Positions 14,101-27,140 of a stretch of 64,000 bases of DNA are shown piece by piece. Location: assembly GCF_964194155.1 (NCBI RefSeq), contig NC_135892.1, forward strand, positions 110,174,001 to 110,238,000, read 5' to 3'. Numbering within the stretch: the first letter of the stretch is position 1; the number at the start of each line of letters is the position of its first letter. The stretch comes from Cetorhinus maximus (lineage: Eukaryota). A model generated the notes under the pieces. That model did no database searches. It was given only the letters and a program-made list of their open reading frames with translations, and was not told where the DNA came from. Both the position numbers and the translations under genes were made by a program.

Positions 14101-14325
14101 AAAGTTATGGAGGAGGAGCGGGAGCACTCCGGTGGTATTCCCAGCCTAAAGTGCCTTGTTTGGACAAGCTGTGTAATTATGTGTAAAATAAGCAGTGGGG
14201 AATATTTTGCTGATTTGGAACAAAGATTGTGTAAAGGCTACAGCCCTGCTGAAAGGGAGCCAATCATTTCTCTGAAGACTTACTCTTGTTTCTCTGCACC
14301 CTCGGGCCTGTTTGTTTCCTGCAGG

Positions 14326-14425
14326 ATGTCCCAGAAAGCCAGTGAGTGGTGCTTCTACCGAGGCTGGAGCATCCGGAATTTTCTCTGCCATTTGGCTGTT
14401 TTCGCAACCTGTCTAGATCCCACAG
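14326..14425 (+). CDS. ADGRG6: ADGRG6/GPR126-like signal-peptide exon (exon 14325-14425; MSQKASEWCFYRGWSIRNFLCHLAVFATCLDPT, ends phase 1)
   Basis: Acceptor tttgtttcctgcag|GATG and donor ACAG|gtaagc. The exon is 101 nt, has a hydrophobic stretch and splices in frame to the CUB exon. The G-ATG start and size match GPR126 exon 2 as recalled. Confidence 0.8.
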
Positions 14426-17400
14426 GTAAGCAAATCTCTTTCTCAGCAAGTGGGAGGAAATCATCATTTTCAGTTTTGATTGTTTTCACAGTTGATGTGA
14501 CGTTTCTGGCTCATTTTAAAAAGATGACTTCTTTTTAAGTAAAACATTGTCTTTTTTTTTTATTTCGAATGTTTTAAATCTAGTAGTCCAGAAACCGCTG
14601 CTGGCGATGTTAGCGGGTGAATTCATAAAGTGACATTCCACAGTGATTGCTACATTGAGATGTCTGCTTTAAGTGAACAGATCTCCTGTATTTTTGTTCA
14701 CAGTGAGTCAAGGCAAGTGGAATCTTCAGGTTAAGCAGGGTTAGAGGCGGAGGGAGGGGGATAATTGGACTAAGAGCCTGCAGATAAAATTCAATTTCAC
14801 TATCGAACCATACGCTTTATCCTTTTTTTTAATGTTTCCAATATAAACTCCTATGTCAAGATTTGCAAAGAGATACTGGAAATAAGGCATGTAGAGAATG
14901 TAGTGGATGTAGAGAAAATGTTTCCACTTGTAGGGGTGACCAGAACTAGTGTCCATGAATACAAGATAGTCACCAAGAGTGCAAATAAGGAATTAAAAAA
15001 AGCTTCTTTACCCAGAGAGTGGTGAGAATGTGGAACTCGCTACACCAGGGAGCGGTTGAGATGAATAGTATAGATACATTTAAGGGGAAGCTAGATAAGC
15101 ACATGAGTGGAAAAAGAATAGAAGTTTATGCTAATAGGGTGAGATGTAGAAGGGTAGGGGGAGGCTCTGAGCATAAACACTGGCATAGACCAGTTGAAGT
15201 AAATGGTCTGTTGATGAACACTGACAATATAAACTTTCCAGGGTGTAATTTTACCTTCCCAGCAGTGGTGGTGCTGCGATGGGATGCAATTGCAACTTAT
15301 CAATTTGCATATTGCAAATATGGGCATAGGAACTTAGAAGGGGAAAAAGTTGACAGAAAGTGAGTGCAGATAATCTTTAACATGTAAATAAACTTACAGT
15401 TGATCAGCAATTTGTACAGCAATTTGAGAAAGATGGAAGTAGAGCCGGTTGGAGAGAAGGGGTTTCCCAACTACACAGGCTGAGGAGTTGGGTTAGGCAA
15501 AGCTGATGACTGCTACAGTGCCACCACTGTTGGGGGAGTGTAATTACAGCGTGACAAGTTTACATAGCCAATTTCCATTTGACATGTGGACACAGGATGT
15601 AGGAATTTACAATGTGGAATGTTGGCATAAAATTGTGAGAGAAATGCAACCACAGGAAGGCTGTGAAGACATCTGTATTTTAATAAATTATAGATCGGTT
15701 AAGATCTATATGAAATAATAAACAAAACAGTATCAAAACACTTAATAATAGGCACTGATATCGACAGCAGCAGGTTTTAAATTAATGTCTTCATTGAAAT
15801 GGTCGCTTGTTTTATTGTGTACAGTATACTATGATTTTCTCTTAATCTAATTTCTAATTTGTTCCATTCCACTTGTCCTTTTTCTGTGCTACCAGTTTAT
15901 TCCATTCCCTTTCTCTTGCCAAGCTTGCTTTCATTAATGGAACTAAATCCTGCATAACGAACTAACATATGTGCATGATTTAAACCACTTGAGCGCTCTG
16001 AAAGGCAAGCCTGGTTGTACTTCAAGAGGTTGCTTGTATTCTGAATCACTCCCTGATCCTAACAAGTCATGGCTAGTGTGTCTTGGCCCTCTATTCCTCT
16101 CACGTCTCTTCTGATTGAAAGCTTCAGGGCAGTGGGCAGTGGGCACTACCTTGTGTGGCATCAGTTCATACAGAACAGGAAGGTATCGTGAGCGACTGCC
16201 ACTCTGGGCTTGGGTGCTTGTTCTCCCATAGAACCATTCATAGCGGGTGCTAGAATCGGCCTGTCCGCTTCTGAGTTTGGAAAGTGCGCGGGCGTGTCAT
16301 ACTGGGCCAAGAGCAGTAAATGGCTCCCGCTGAGAAATAGCCTGCTACAATTTACTGCTTTTGTCTCACGTGGGAAAGGGAGCTGTAGGGCGGAGGGCTG
16401 TGACTCACATGAAACCGACCTCAACACAAGACCACATCTTCGGTAGAGGATGGGAGAAAGCGGTAGGAATTTGAGGAACAAGCAGTTGCTTTGTGCAGTG
16501 TCTTGAAAGGCATCGTAAACAAAATATCATCAACAAAGTAATAATTATTGTTGTAGAGAGTAATAACATGGGGCATATTGACAAATGCCACCAACATTGG
16601 TGGTGTACAGTAACAACAACTTGCACTTGTATAGCTTCTTTAGTTTAGTGAAACGTCTCAAAGCATTTCCCAGGAGTGCAATCAGATCCAAAATTGATGC
16701 CAAACCATAAAAAGGAGATATTAGGAGCAGTGACTAAGAGCTTAAGGAGGGTTTTGAAGGACAGGAGAGATGTAGAGAGGCAGAGAGATTTAGGAGGGAA
16801 TTCATGAGCCTGGAACCTAGATGCTGAAGACATGGCTGCTATTGTTGGAGCGATTAAAATTGGGGCTTACTCAAAAGACCAGATTTGGAAGAGCACAGAG
16901 ACCTCAGAGAGCTAGGGGTCTGGAGGAGATTTCAGAGATAAGGATAGGCGAGAGCATGGAGTGATTTGAAAACAAAGATGAAAATTTTCAAATTGAGGCG
17001 TTGTTTAATCAGGAGCCAATATAGATAATTGAGGGGGTGATGGACAAATTGAACTTGACAGCAGAGATTTGGAAGATGTGAGGTCAACCAGGAATGTGTT
17101 GAAATGGTCAAGTCTAGAGATAACAAAGGCATGAATGAGCATGGATTTTAGTGGGCAAAGGCATTAACTCACTACAATGAATGGGTTAAAATAGTGAGCA
17201 GGCCAACGTCTCATGAATGAATTAAGGGCTATATTGTAAGATTTATGACTAGGCATCGCACAACCAGTACATTGAAAAATTGTGTCCTTGCAAAATTTAC
17301 CCTTAAGTGTTTGTTTTTACAATGGCAGTGATTATCTTTAGGCTTCGGAGAGGGTCCTGGTTGTCCAGCATCTCATGATGAGTTAGGCTCACTAGAGTGG

Positions 17401-20400
17401 ACATTGGGGTTGACGATAGGGTTCTGCTGCGCTGAGGCCATAGTCAACTAGCCTGTCAGCATTTATGTTTGCATGTGAAGAAACAGCCTCATTGGTTGAG
17501 ATTTTATTTACATCAAAATGAAGGATGGAGTCTGACTATCAAAACCACTTTACAGAGCTAAATGTAAATGTCAAAAAGGGAGGTGGATAAATATTGGGTT
17601 AGGAATTGGATTGAGGGTTATAGGGATAGATGCAGGGCTCAAATGATCAAATATTTCATGGGATTTCATACTTCCTGTATTCCAAGGACCAGAAGTAAAG
17701 AGGATGTTTAAGTGGAGTAAGGCAGCATTGAATAATTGTAGTGGAGGGAAGTATTTGGCAGTTTTGCTTGATTATCTGCAATGAATAATTAAACACAGTT
17801 TACAGCCATGAGATTAAATGGTTTGGATACAATCCATGACATGGTGGTATATGGTCTATGAAGGAGGAAGATTTAAAAGCCAAATGCCCTATGCCTGTTC
17901 GACATTACTTTCATGATGCTAGGAATTGTTGAATGTTGCTGACATAGTGTGGAGGCTGTGGAAATGGGGAATATCAGTGATGATGGTTAGAATGGATGTT
18001 CCTCATTGACAGAGGGAAACTTACAGATGTCTCTGATAGCATGAGTAGGTGATACTTTTGATATAATATATTATTGGGGCTGAAAATGTAAAGAATGCCT
18101 GGAATACTGACTTTGTTACAATTCTGAATGGACAGTTGGAAGTGTGGATTGTCAATTAAGGTTCTCCTGTTGTGTTAGAAATGGAGATGATGCTAATAGT
18201 GTTAATTCCATGGATATTATTGGCACCACTCATAATGCTGGGCAGTAGCAACGCTGTGGAAGTTATGATCATGTTAGGTAGAAATGATAATATGTGTAAC
18301 TGAGGGTGTTGTGCGTTTTTGATCTCATTGTATGAAGTAGGTGGTGATGCATATTGATAATATTGGATATTAATGACATAGAGTTTGATAAGGTTGAATA
18401 TTGCTGATAACATTGGGCATTGTTTAGTTATGTGTTAGGAGTAGTGTTTTATATACCTGACAATGCTATGTACTGTTGATAATGGAGGCAGTTTTCCGTA
18501 TTGTTGACAATGATGGCCATTGTTAATTGTGATTGCGAATTATGCCTTGTGCTCTGCATTGTTGACTGTGTTATGTATGATTATTAGTGTTACAAATTGC
18601 TGGTAGTAGATAGTGTTACATATAATTGGCAGCATTGTCTATCATTCATAGTATTATGTATATTTCACATTGTTATATAATGAGGAAATTGTAATTTATA
18701 ACATGATATGATGAATTACAATTAGCTATTGCTAATTGTGTTATGTATTGCCAATAGCATTGAGTGTAATTTATAGTATTATGCTTAATTCATTCTTGGG
18801 ATGTGGGCAATACTAACAGGGGCCATACCTAGTTGCTTTGGGAAGATGGTAGTATGCCTTCTTTTTGATCCATTACAGTCCTTAAGGTAATAGTGCTCCT
18901 AGGAGGGTATTAGGCAATAAATTGCCAGACCCAGCAATGACAGACATGTCCAGAATGGCATGTCACTTGAAATTGATGGTGTACTGATGACACTGTGGCT
19001 CTTGTCCTAGTTAGAGGTAGAGGAGGTGAAGGGGTTGTTGGGTGGTGGTGTGCTTGAACAGTAGCATGCCTGCAGTGTTATGTATTATTATTTGTGTTTG
19101 GCACTGTTGATGTTGTTATATATTGGTGTTATTGGTCAGTATAGTTCATAGCTCTTTTGTATTGTTGATTGTGCCCGGTGCTATGTAGTGTACAGTCTTA
19201 TGCATTGCTGATCTGAGTGTTGTTGATTGTGCTTGTCTGCACTTGAATGTCAAAACAACAACTTGCATTTATATAGCACCTTTAACGTAGCAAAAAATAT
19301 CCTGAGGCACTTTACAGAAGTGTTGTTAGACAAAATTGGACATCGAGCCAAAGAAAGACAGGTGGTTAAAAGCTTGTTCAAAGAGGTAGGTTTTAAGGAT
19401 GACAGGAAAGATGTGCCTAAGAGTAAAGAATGGGGAATAGAAGTGATTGGGCTCAGTTTTAGAAGAAGACATTGTAATGCTTTGTGTTTTGTGACACTCT
19501 GATAACCATTGACTGTTGCAAGCATGTAAAAAGAGTTACCAAAACCCACAAACAACTCTACACGTCTATGCATCGCCTGAATGACGTGTGCAGCCCTGAC
19601 TATCTCTGCGTTTGCTGCTTCTCTTGCCTTGCTGGTGCTAAAACTGCAACCTCTTCTCATCTCAATGTCTTCACAGCATTGACACACTGTTTCTGCTACA
19701 GTTCTGGACCCATTATCCCTATTCAGGCAGTGCATTTGTTCCTGGCTCTTAAATAGATTAAACCCCAATGAATACGTTTGGGCTGAGTGGTACTTGAAGC
19801 GCACAGAAACAGGAAGATGCTAGAATCAGTTGGCGGATTGGGCTTAGGCTAAGTAATGGACAAGTTCAAATAGTGCTCCCACTCTAGTCTACAAGCTAGT
19901 GGCACTTGCTGGAAGGTGCTCCAATAAAGGTGTGGAATGAGGAATGCTTCACCATAGGACAGTCTAACCCAAGGGCACCTTATTGCAAAAGGGCTGACTG
20001 GGCCCTCACTGAGAGGCTCCAGCCTTATCTGGCACCCCCCTTGCCCACCGCCAGGGAGCTCCTGCCAACAAGTGCTCCATCAAACCCGCTCTCGCGCAGC
20101 AAACCTATTGGATTCGAGTTTCCCAACTTTTAAACATATTGTCAGAATTGGAGGAGTGCAGGTATCCCACAGGATTGCAGGATTGGAGGAGATTACAGAG
20201 ATGGAGAGGGGGTGAGGCCCTAGAGGGATTTGAATACAAGGATGAGAATTTTAAAATCAAAGCGTTGCCGGACCAGGAGCCAATGTAGGACAGTGAGGGC
20301 AGGGGTGATGGGTGAACGGGACTTTGCGATAGGTGAAATGAAATAGTTGGATGATTCAAGGTAGTGAGGAGTCAGGCGAGGGCAAATTCCCTCTACCCTC

Positions 20401-20435
20401 TGCACATAACGAAATCATACAGTACTATGACTGTA

Positions 20436-20715
20436 AAGGATGGGGTGGCAGTCTGTTTGCACCCAGCACATGTAAGGAATTTCCCTCCCTAGTAAGGACA
20501 CGATTAAGGATGGGGTGGCAGTCTGTTTGCACCCAGCACATGTAAGGAATTTCCCTCCCTAGTAAGGACACGATTAAGGATGGGGTGGCAGTCTGTTTGC
20601 ACCCAGCACATGTAAGGAATTTCCCTCCCTAGTAAGGACACGATTAAGGATGGGGTGGCAGTCTGTTTGCACCCAGCACATGTAAGGAATTTCCCTCCCT
20701 AGTAAGGACACGATT
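20436..20715. repeat. Perfect minisatellite, 4 x 70 bp
   Basis: aaggatggggtggcagtctgtttgcacccagcacatgtaaggaatttccctccctagtaaggacacgatt is repeated four times without a visible mismatch. Confidence 0.95.
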
Positions 20716-21452
20716 GGTTTCAGCTTTGATAAAAGTTGGTAAGGTGGGTAGAGAGAAACCATTTCCTCTGATGGGACATTCCAGAACAAGGGGGCATAAC
20801 CTTAGGATAGAGCCATGATGTTAGGAAGCACTTGTTGACACACAGGCTATTGGAGATCTAGTACTCCATCCCCCCAAAAAGTAATTAATGCTGGAGGTCA
20901 GTTGCGAATTTCAAAACTGAGATTGATCGGCTTTGTTGGTTAAGGGTATGAAGGGTTATGGAGGTGGATAGATGGAGTATAGATGCAGGTTGGCCATGAT
21001 GTAACCGAATGGTGGAACAGACTCGAGGGGCTGAATGGCCTCCTCCTGCTCCCATTTCCCTATGATACTGCTCGCCTGCTGTCAATCACTGTCCAGTCAA
21101 TCGCGTGGAGTTTATTGAGTCGGTTTGAGTGGTGGACAGTTACACACAACAGCCCAGCATCAGTTGGCACTTTCAGGTAGGGAATTGTGAGGGTGTTAGG
21201 GTTTGGGGTGTCTGAGGTGAAATCCTGTCGTGAGCCCAGAGGGTCCAGACTGTAGTTGGTGACATTCCAGTGCTGTGTTCCTGTGAATTGGTGTCAAGCG
21301 ACTGACTGCACGCCTGGAACTAAATCTTGGCAGCCTTCCCTATCCTGACCTTTCTGGGACTCTGTCCAATATGTGTCGATTTGAGTTTTCCGAGGTCAAA
21401 TTGACCATTATAATTGTGTTCCATTTTCTTTTCCCTTTTGGTTGGGGTTCAG

Positions 21453-21797
21453 CCGTGTTGGCCTGCTCAGACTGCACAGAGACTCTGACCCATCCCTCTG
21501 GACACTTCACATCCCCTTGCTTCCCCCAAGAGTATATTTCTAATTTAAATTGTCTCTGGACCATCCAAGCCCCTTCTGGATTTATCATACAGTTGACCTT
21601 TCATGAGTTCGAGTTAGAGGAAGCCCAAAGATGCCTGTACGACGTTGTTTCGATAAACACGGGGGCCGAGTTCGTAGAGTTCTGCGGTGTCACAGCTAAG
21701 GGCCTCACGTTGAACTCCACGGGGAGTAAAATGATTGTCACGTTCAAGACTGACTTTAGCATCCAAAAGAAGGGCTTCAGAGCCACCTACATACAAG
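21453..21797 (+). CDS. ADGRG6: CUB-domain exon of ADGRG6/GPR126 (345 nt, phase 1-1)
   Basis: Pyrimidine tract plus ttcag| acceptor and CAAG|gtatgt donor. The peptide C..C...LTHPSGHFTSPCFP..Y..C.WTIQAP.G..IQLTF..FELEEA..CLYD...FCG.TAKGLTLNS..M.V.F.TDFSIQKKGF.A.Y is a CUB domain with GPR126-specific motifs. Confidence 0.95.
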
Positions 21798-22450
21798 GTA
21801 TGTGATAAAGGAAATGGCGTAAAACTACGTGAGTTTGTGGATTTCGGAATTGTTCACTAAGGCTAACGCTGTACTCCAAAGGAAGAGACGCTTGCATTTA
21901 TATAGTGCCTTTCATGACCTCAGGTCACTTGCTTTTACAGACAATGCAGCACTTTTGATGCATAGTTAATGTTGTAATATAGGAAACCTGGTAGCCAATT
22001 TGTGCACAGCAAGCTCCCACAAATTGCACTGTGACGATGACAGAAAATTTGTTTTATTGCATTCTGGAACTGACTCCCAGATATCCTTTATTCTGTATAT
22101 GAACCCCTCGATTACATTCCAATCTGTAACACGTGCCAAGGTATCAATTATTCTCTATATAAACCATCTGAACCCTTCAGTTAGATTCCAGCCTGTAACC
22201 TCCTCCAAGGTATCCATTGATCTAATCATTGAGGTACTTAATCAATGATGATTTTTACCTAATTCCTCAACCAAGCATTTCTTAAAGCGGTTTGCATTTT
22301 GTTGCCAGCTATGTGGTTTGAAAAGCATTCTGCACACGCACATCAGTACAGGTGTGTGGTTTCAGCCAGCTGAAATAAAACAATGGCACACCTGGCCCTT
22401 CAATGTACCAGCCACAAAGCGAATAGCTGGATGGACCAGTGTAACATCTG

Positions 22451-23108
22451 GGGCAGAATTTTCTGCCTGCCGGGCGGGCAGGCATGACCCAATCTCCGGC
22501 GGGCAGGGAGCCGATCCCCGCCGGAGAAGCGGGCCCCACCGCCATTTTACGTGGGCGGGCCAATTAAGGCCCGCCCAGTGTGACGCCCGGCAGGAAGCGC
22601 TATGCGCTCCCTGTGCGGGTGGGGGGGATTCCCTAAAAGCGAGAGTGCGCTCTTTCGCGCATGCGCACAATAGAGCGCACATCTCCCTGAGGCTAAGTGC
22701 AGCCTCAGGGAGATCGCTTCCACTTTGAAAAATATTAAAAATAGAGAAAAAAAAATTCCCTAACATGTTCATAATTTACAGAATAACTTTATTACAATTT
22801 TTAAAACCCTGCATGAAACCTCATCCCGCCACTGGATGAGGTTTCGTGTTTTCTCACTTCCCCGCCGGGGCTCCTGGCCGACCCGCCGACCTTAAGGTTG
22901 GACGGGCAGGTCCTTTAATTGTTTCAATGATCATGTCAATGGCCTCAATGGGCCATTGACAGGTCGGCGGGCCCGCAGCTGATTTTGCTGCGCCCCCGCC
23001 TTTCTGAAAATTTAAATGGGGCGGGATGATGTCGGGGGTTCCGCCTGATGTCATCCTGCGTCGGCAAGCGGGCCCCACCCCCTGCTCGCCGACGGCAAAA
23101 TTTTGCCT
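22451..23108. mobile_element. Non-autonomous DNA transposon (MITE), probably PIF/Harbinger type
   Basis: Termini gggcagaatttt and aaaattttgcct form a 10/12 inverted match. The element is flanked by a 3-bp CTG duplication (22448-22450 and 23109-23111) and has a GC/CpG-rich body with internal hairpin gaaacctcatcc…ggatgaggtttc. Confidence 0.7.
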
Positions 23109-24560
23109 CTGAACTTGGACAATACTGAACTGAAAGTAAGCTGTATATCTGGGCCCCACAGCATCAGCTCAAAATAACACTTAACTGCTTCGAGAAAAAT
23201 ACTGACGTAGAATTCAAAATGGACCGAGCTATACAGTCTCATTGCACAATGTTTCCGTGGATGAGGGGTATGGTAGTATAGTGCTCATGTTATTGGACTG
23301 ATAACTCAGAGACCTGGACTAATAATCCAAGTAAACCCACCACTGGGGTTTGAGAATTTTAGTTTAGTTTAAAAGGAAATCAATATAAGTGATCCTGAAA
23401 CTTTTGACTTGTCGGAGTAACCCAACTCTTTCAGTGGTAGAATTAGAGGGTTGAATTTAATTGAACCCGTGAGAATGGGAATGGTGGCAGGAGCACAGGA
23501 GAATCGGGAAGAAGTAGCCGCGTTGGATTCCAAGTGCCGGGAAAACTGTCCCGAATTAAATTGGGACAGGAAGGCTCCGATGTGGGAATCCTGCCTCTAG
23601 GCGGCAGCATGTCAGTTAGGCTCATTAACAAGCCACTTGACACCCATCATCCCTGAGCCCACTGGGATTTAGTGGCAGCTCAGAGGTTAAGTGGGAGTCA
23701 GGCATCTTGCCTGTGTTTCCACAGGCCTCTCAGCAAACCCTGGTGCTATCTTCTGGATGCACTGCAGCAACTCACGAAGGCTTCTTCAGCCACACCTTCC
23801 AAACCCATCACCTCCACCACCTAGAAAGACAAGGGCAGTAGATGCACGGGAACAACATTACCTGCAGGTTGCCCTCCAAGCCACTCGCTATCCTGACTTG
23901 GAGATATTATCGCCATTCATTCTTGAGATATCAGCATCCTTGGGAAAGTCAACACTTATTGTCCCTCTCTAGTTGTCCTTCAAAGGAAGAGGTGGGTCGT
24001 CTTATTGAAGCTCCACAATTTGAAGGTGATGGTGTTTCTGCACATGTGCAGCCCCTGTCCTTCTGATCCTGTTCTCGCCCAGGTATCGATCCAGAATCTT
24101 TCTGAAGCAGTAGGTTGTCACTGCACCGAACACACTTGGGTAGAGCACGTTCATTCTCATAACAAGCATAATTTTAGCCTTTAATTTGTTCTCAGGATGT
24201 GGGCATTTGTTGCCCATCCCCCACTGTCTTGAGAAAGTGGCTATTTGCTAGGCCCTTTCAGAGGTGGTGCGGGACTGGAGTCACATACAGGGCAAGACAC
24301 AAGCTCCCTTTCCCAAAGGACATCAGTTGAATCACTTGGATGTCAGAAACAATCCAACGGTTCCCATGCATACTTTTACTGATACCAGTTTCTTTAGTCC
24401 TAGATTTGTATTTAAACTGAATTCAGATTCTCAAACTGTCACAGTGGGATTTGAACTCTGAATCTCTGGATTGTTACTCCAGGCTTCTGGATTACTGGTT
24501 CAATAACTTAAGCATGAATACTGATATTAGTCTGTGATGCCGACGCAAATAAAATTGACG

Positions 24561-25810
24561 CCCAGTTTGGGTTCCACCAGGGTCATTCAGCTCCTGACCT
24601 CGTTACAGCCTTGGTTCAAACATGGACACAAAAGCTGAACTCCCGAGGTGAGGTCAGAGTGACTGCTCTTGACATCAAGGCAGCATTTGACCAAGTGTGG
24701 CACCAAGGAGCCCTTACGAAACTGGAGTCAATGGGAATCAGGGGGAAAACTCTCTGCTGGTTGGATTCATACCTAGCAAGTAGGAAGGTGGTTGTGGTTG
24801 TTGGAGGTCAGTCATCTCAGCTCCAGGACATCACTGCAGGAGTTCCTCAGGGTAGTGTCCTGGGCCCAGTCATCTTCAGCTGCTTCATCAATGAACTTCC
24901 TTCCATCATAAAGTCAGAAGTGGGGATGTTCGCTGATGATTGCACAATGTTCAGCACCATTTGTGAGTCCTCAGATACCGAAGCAGTTCATGTCTAAATG
25001 CAGCAAGACCTGGACAATATCCAAGTTTGGGCTGACAAGTGGCACAACACAACACAAGTGTCAAACAATGACCATCTCCAGCAGGAGAGAATCTTGACGT
25101 TCAATGGCATTACCATCAACGCATCCCCCACTATCAACATCCTGGGGGTTACCATTGACCAGAAACTGAGCTGGACTAGCCATATAAATACTGTGGCTAC
25201 AAGAGCAGGTCAGAGGCTAGGAATTCGGCGATGAGTAACTCACCTCCTGACTCCCCAAAGCCTGTCCACCATCTACAAGGCACAAGTCAGGAGTGTGATG
25301 GAATTCTCCCCATTTGCTTGGGTGAGTGCAGCTCCCACAACACTCGAGAAGCTTGACACCATCCAGGACAAAGCAGCCCACTTGATTGGCACCACATCCA
25401 CAAACATTCACTCCCTCCACCACCGATGCACAGTAGCAGCAGTGTGTACCATCTACAAGATGCACTGCAGAAATTCACCGAGGCTCCGTAGACAACACCT
25501 TCCAATCCCAGGACCACTACCATCTAGACGGACAAGGGCAGCAGATAGATGGGAACACCAGCACCTGGAAGTTCCCCTCCAAGTCACTCACCATCCTGAC
25601 TTGGAAATATATTTCCGTTCCTTCACTGTCGCTGGGTCAAAATCCTGGAACTCCCTTCCTAACAGCACTGTGGGTGTACCTACACCACATGGACTGCAGC
25701 GGTTCAAGAAGGCAGCTCACCACCACCTTCCCCAGGGCAACTAAGGATGGGCAATAAATGCTGGGCCCAGCCAGCGAAACACACATCCCATGAATGAATC
25801 AAAAAAAAAC
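24561..25810 (+). mobile_element. 5'-truncated non-LTR retrotransposon (CR1/L2-group LINE) with degraded reverse transcriptase and 3' tail
   Basis: RT motifs ALDIKAAFD, GVPQGSVLGP and FADD, interrupted by stops and frameshifts; ends aataaatgctgg…cacatcccatgaatgaatc(A)n. Confidence 0.9.
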
Positions 25811-26289
25811 AGAAGTACCATCACACTAGCATAGTACTGTGATCATGTCAAAATTTCTCTCATTATATGTAGCTTTATGACTCTCATTAGGATTACAAAA
25901 CAACCCAGAATCACGTGTCTCTTAGGATACTCTGTCGTGTGGTGGAAAGGCTCACAAAGATGCCCATAACATGGCATTGTCACCTTGCAGCACGTTTGAA
26001 GGTGCATTCAGTCAATAGGAATATTATGTTCTTGAATCACATTTTGGGGAAAACAGCTTCCTGGGCAATGGTGAAAGGGTGGGATTAATTGGCTTAGCTC
26101 TTTCAGAGATCTGCATCCACTTTGGCTATAAGATGCTATGGTTCAGCTTTGTGCAGTGAATGCATCACATTGTTCAGCAATAGAGTCTGCTCCTTTCTGT
26201 ACTCTGTGTTTGTACGTCCTCTTCCTGTACCTCCATAACTGAATTCTGCTCTTTGTTTTGTCTCCCTTTTCTCTGGGTTAACGTTCAAG

Positions 26290-26907
26290 TGGCAGCCTCA
26301 CTGCGGAATCAGAAGGTGGTGTTGACTTCTAAAAGCCAGGCCGCCTCTATCTCCCCTTCAGTCCCCATCCCAGAGCTGCAGCAGTTCACCGTGTGCCTGG
26401 AGGCCAAGTCAACCACCGTGAAGGACAAATGGACCTTGTTCTCCTACTCGGACAGCAATGATGCAACGCTGATCAGTTTCACGAGAAACAAAAATGACAT
26501 CAGTCTGTCAATTTCCGATGTGGTGTGTGATGTGGCTGAATTCTGGAAGGACTATTTTTCCAAAGAGGTGATCACGGATTCTTGGCGCCGATTGTGCATC
26601 GCCTGGGATGGGAGCTCTGGCAATGTCATCACCCAGACCCAAGATAAGGCCCGGCGCAACTCCTGCAGGGCATCCAAGAACAAGGTCATTGCGGGCAGTG
26701 GCACCCTCACACTGGCACCGAGAACGGTTTCAGCCAGCAAAATCTACACCGGTGAGCTCTACAACTTCCGCTTCTGGAACTTCAGCATGCCCAGGGACAC
26801 ACTGCTGGGCTTAACTTGTGATGAAATGGGGAATGTCGTGGACTGGGAGAATTCGTTCTGGGATATCCCTGTTGGTGTGCTGGAACCTGACAGTGATCTG
26901 AGCTGTG
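26290..26907 (+). CDS. ADGRG6: Pentraxin/LamG-domain exon of ADGRG6/GPR126 (618 nt, phase 1-1)
   Basis: Long pyrimidine tract with gttcaag| acceptor and TGTG|gtgagt donor. The peptide VAASLRNQKV...IPELQQFTVCLEA...LCIAW...GELYNFRFWNFSM...LTCD..GNVVDWEN.FW.IP...SDLSC matches the GPR126 PTX domain and directly follows the CUB exon. Confidence 0.95.
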
Positions 26908-27140
26908 GTGAGTAGGCTGCTAACTTTGGTGGGTTTGGTTTCTTGAGTCCCTCATCCTCTCTTTATCCGATTATTTTCTGTGCAATAATACGTCGTTGGC
27001 ATTTTTCCCAGTCAACCCTTCAAGTGTAATTTCCCTCATGTTTGTTCATTTCTGCTCAGTGAACATCAGTGCACATTAGCTGCACGAGCCTCAACTGTGA
27101 TATGGGTGGCAAATAATATTGATGACAAATGTACACGCTT

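Noticed and set aside
20436-20715. CRISPR-like appearance of regular repeats
   Set aside because: The units are contiguous with no spacers, there are no cas genes, and the context is vertebrate.
24611-25744. Active reverse transcriptase gene
   Set aside because: It is 5'-truncated with in-frame stops and frameshifts, so it is a dead LINE copy.
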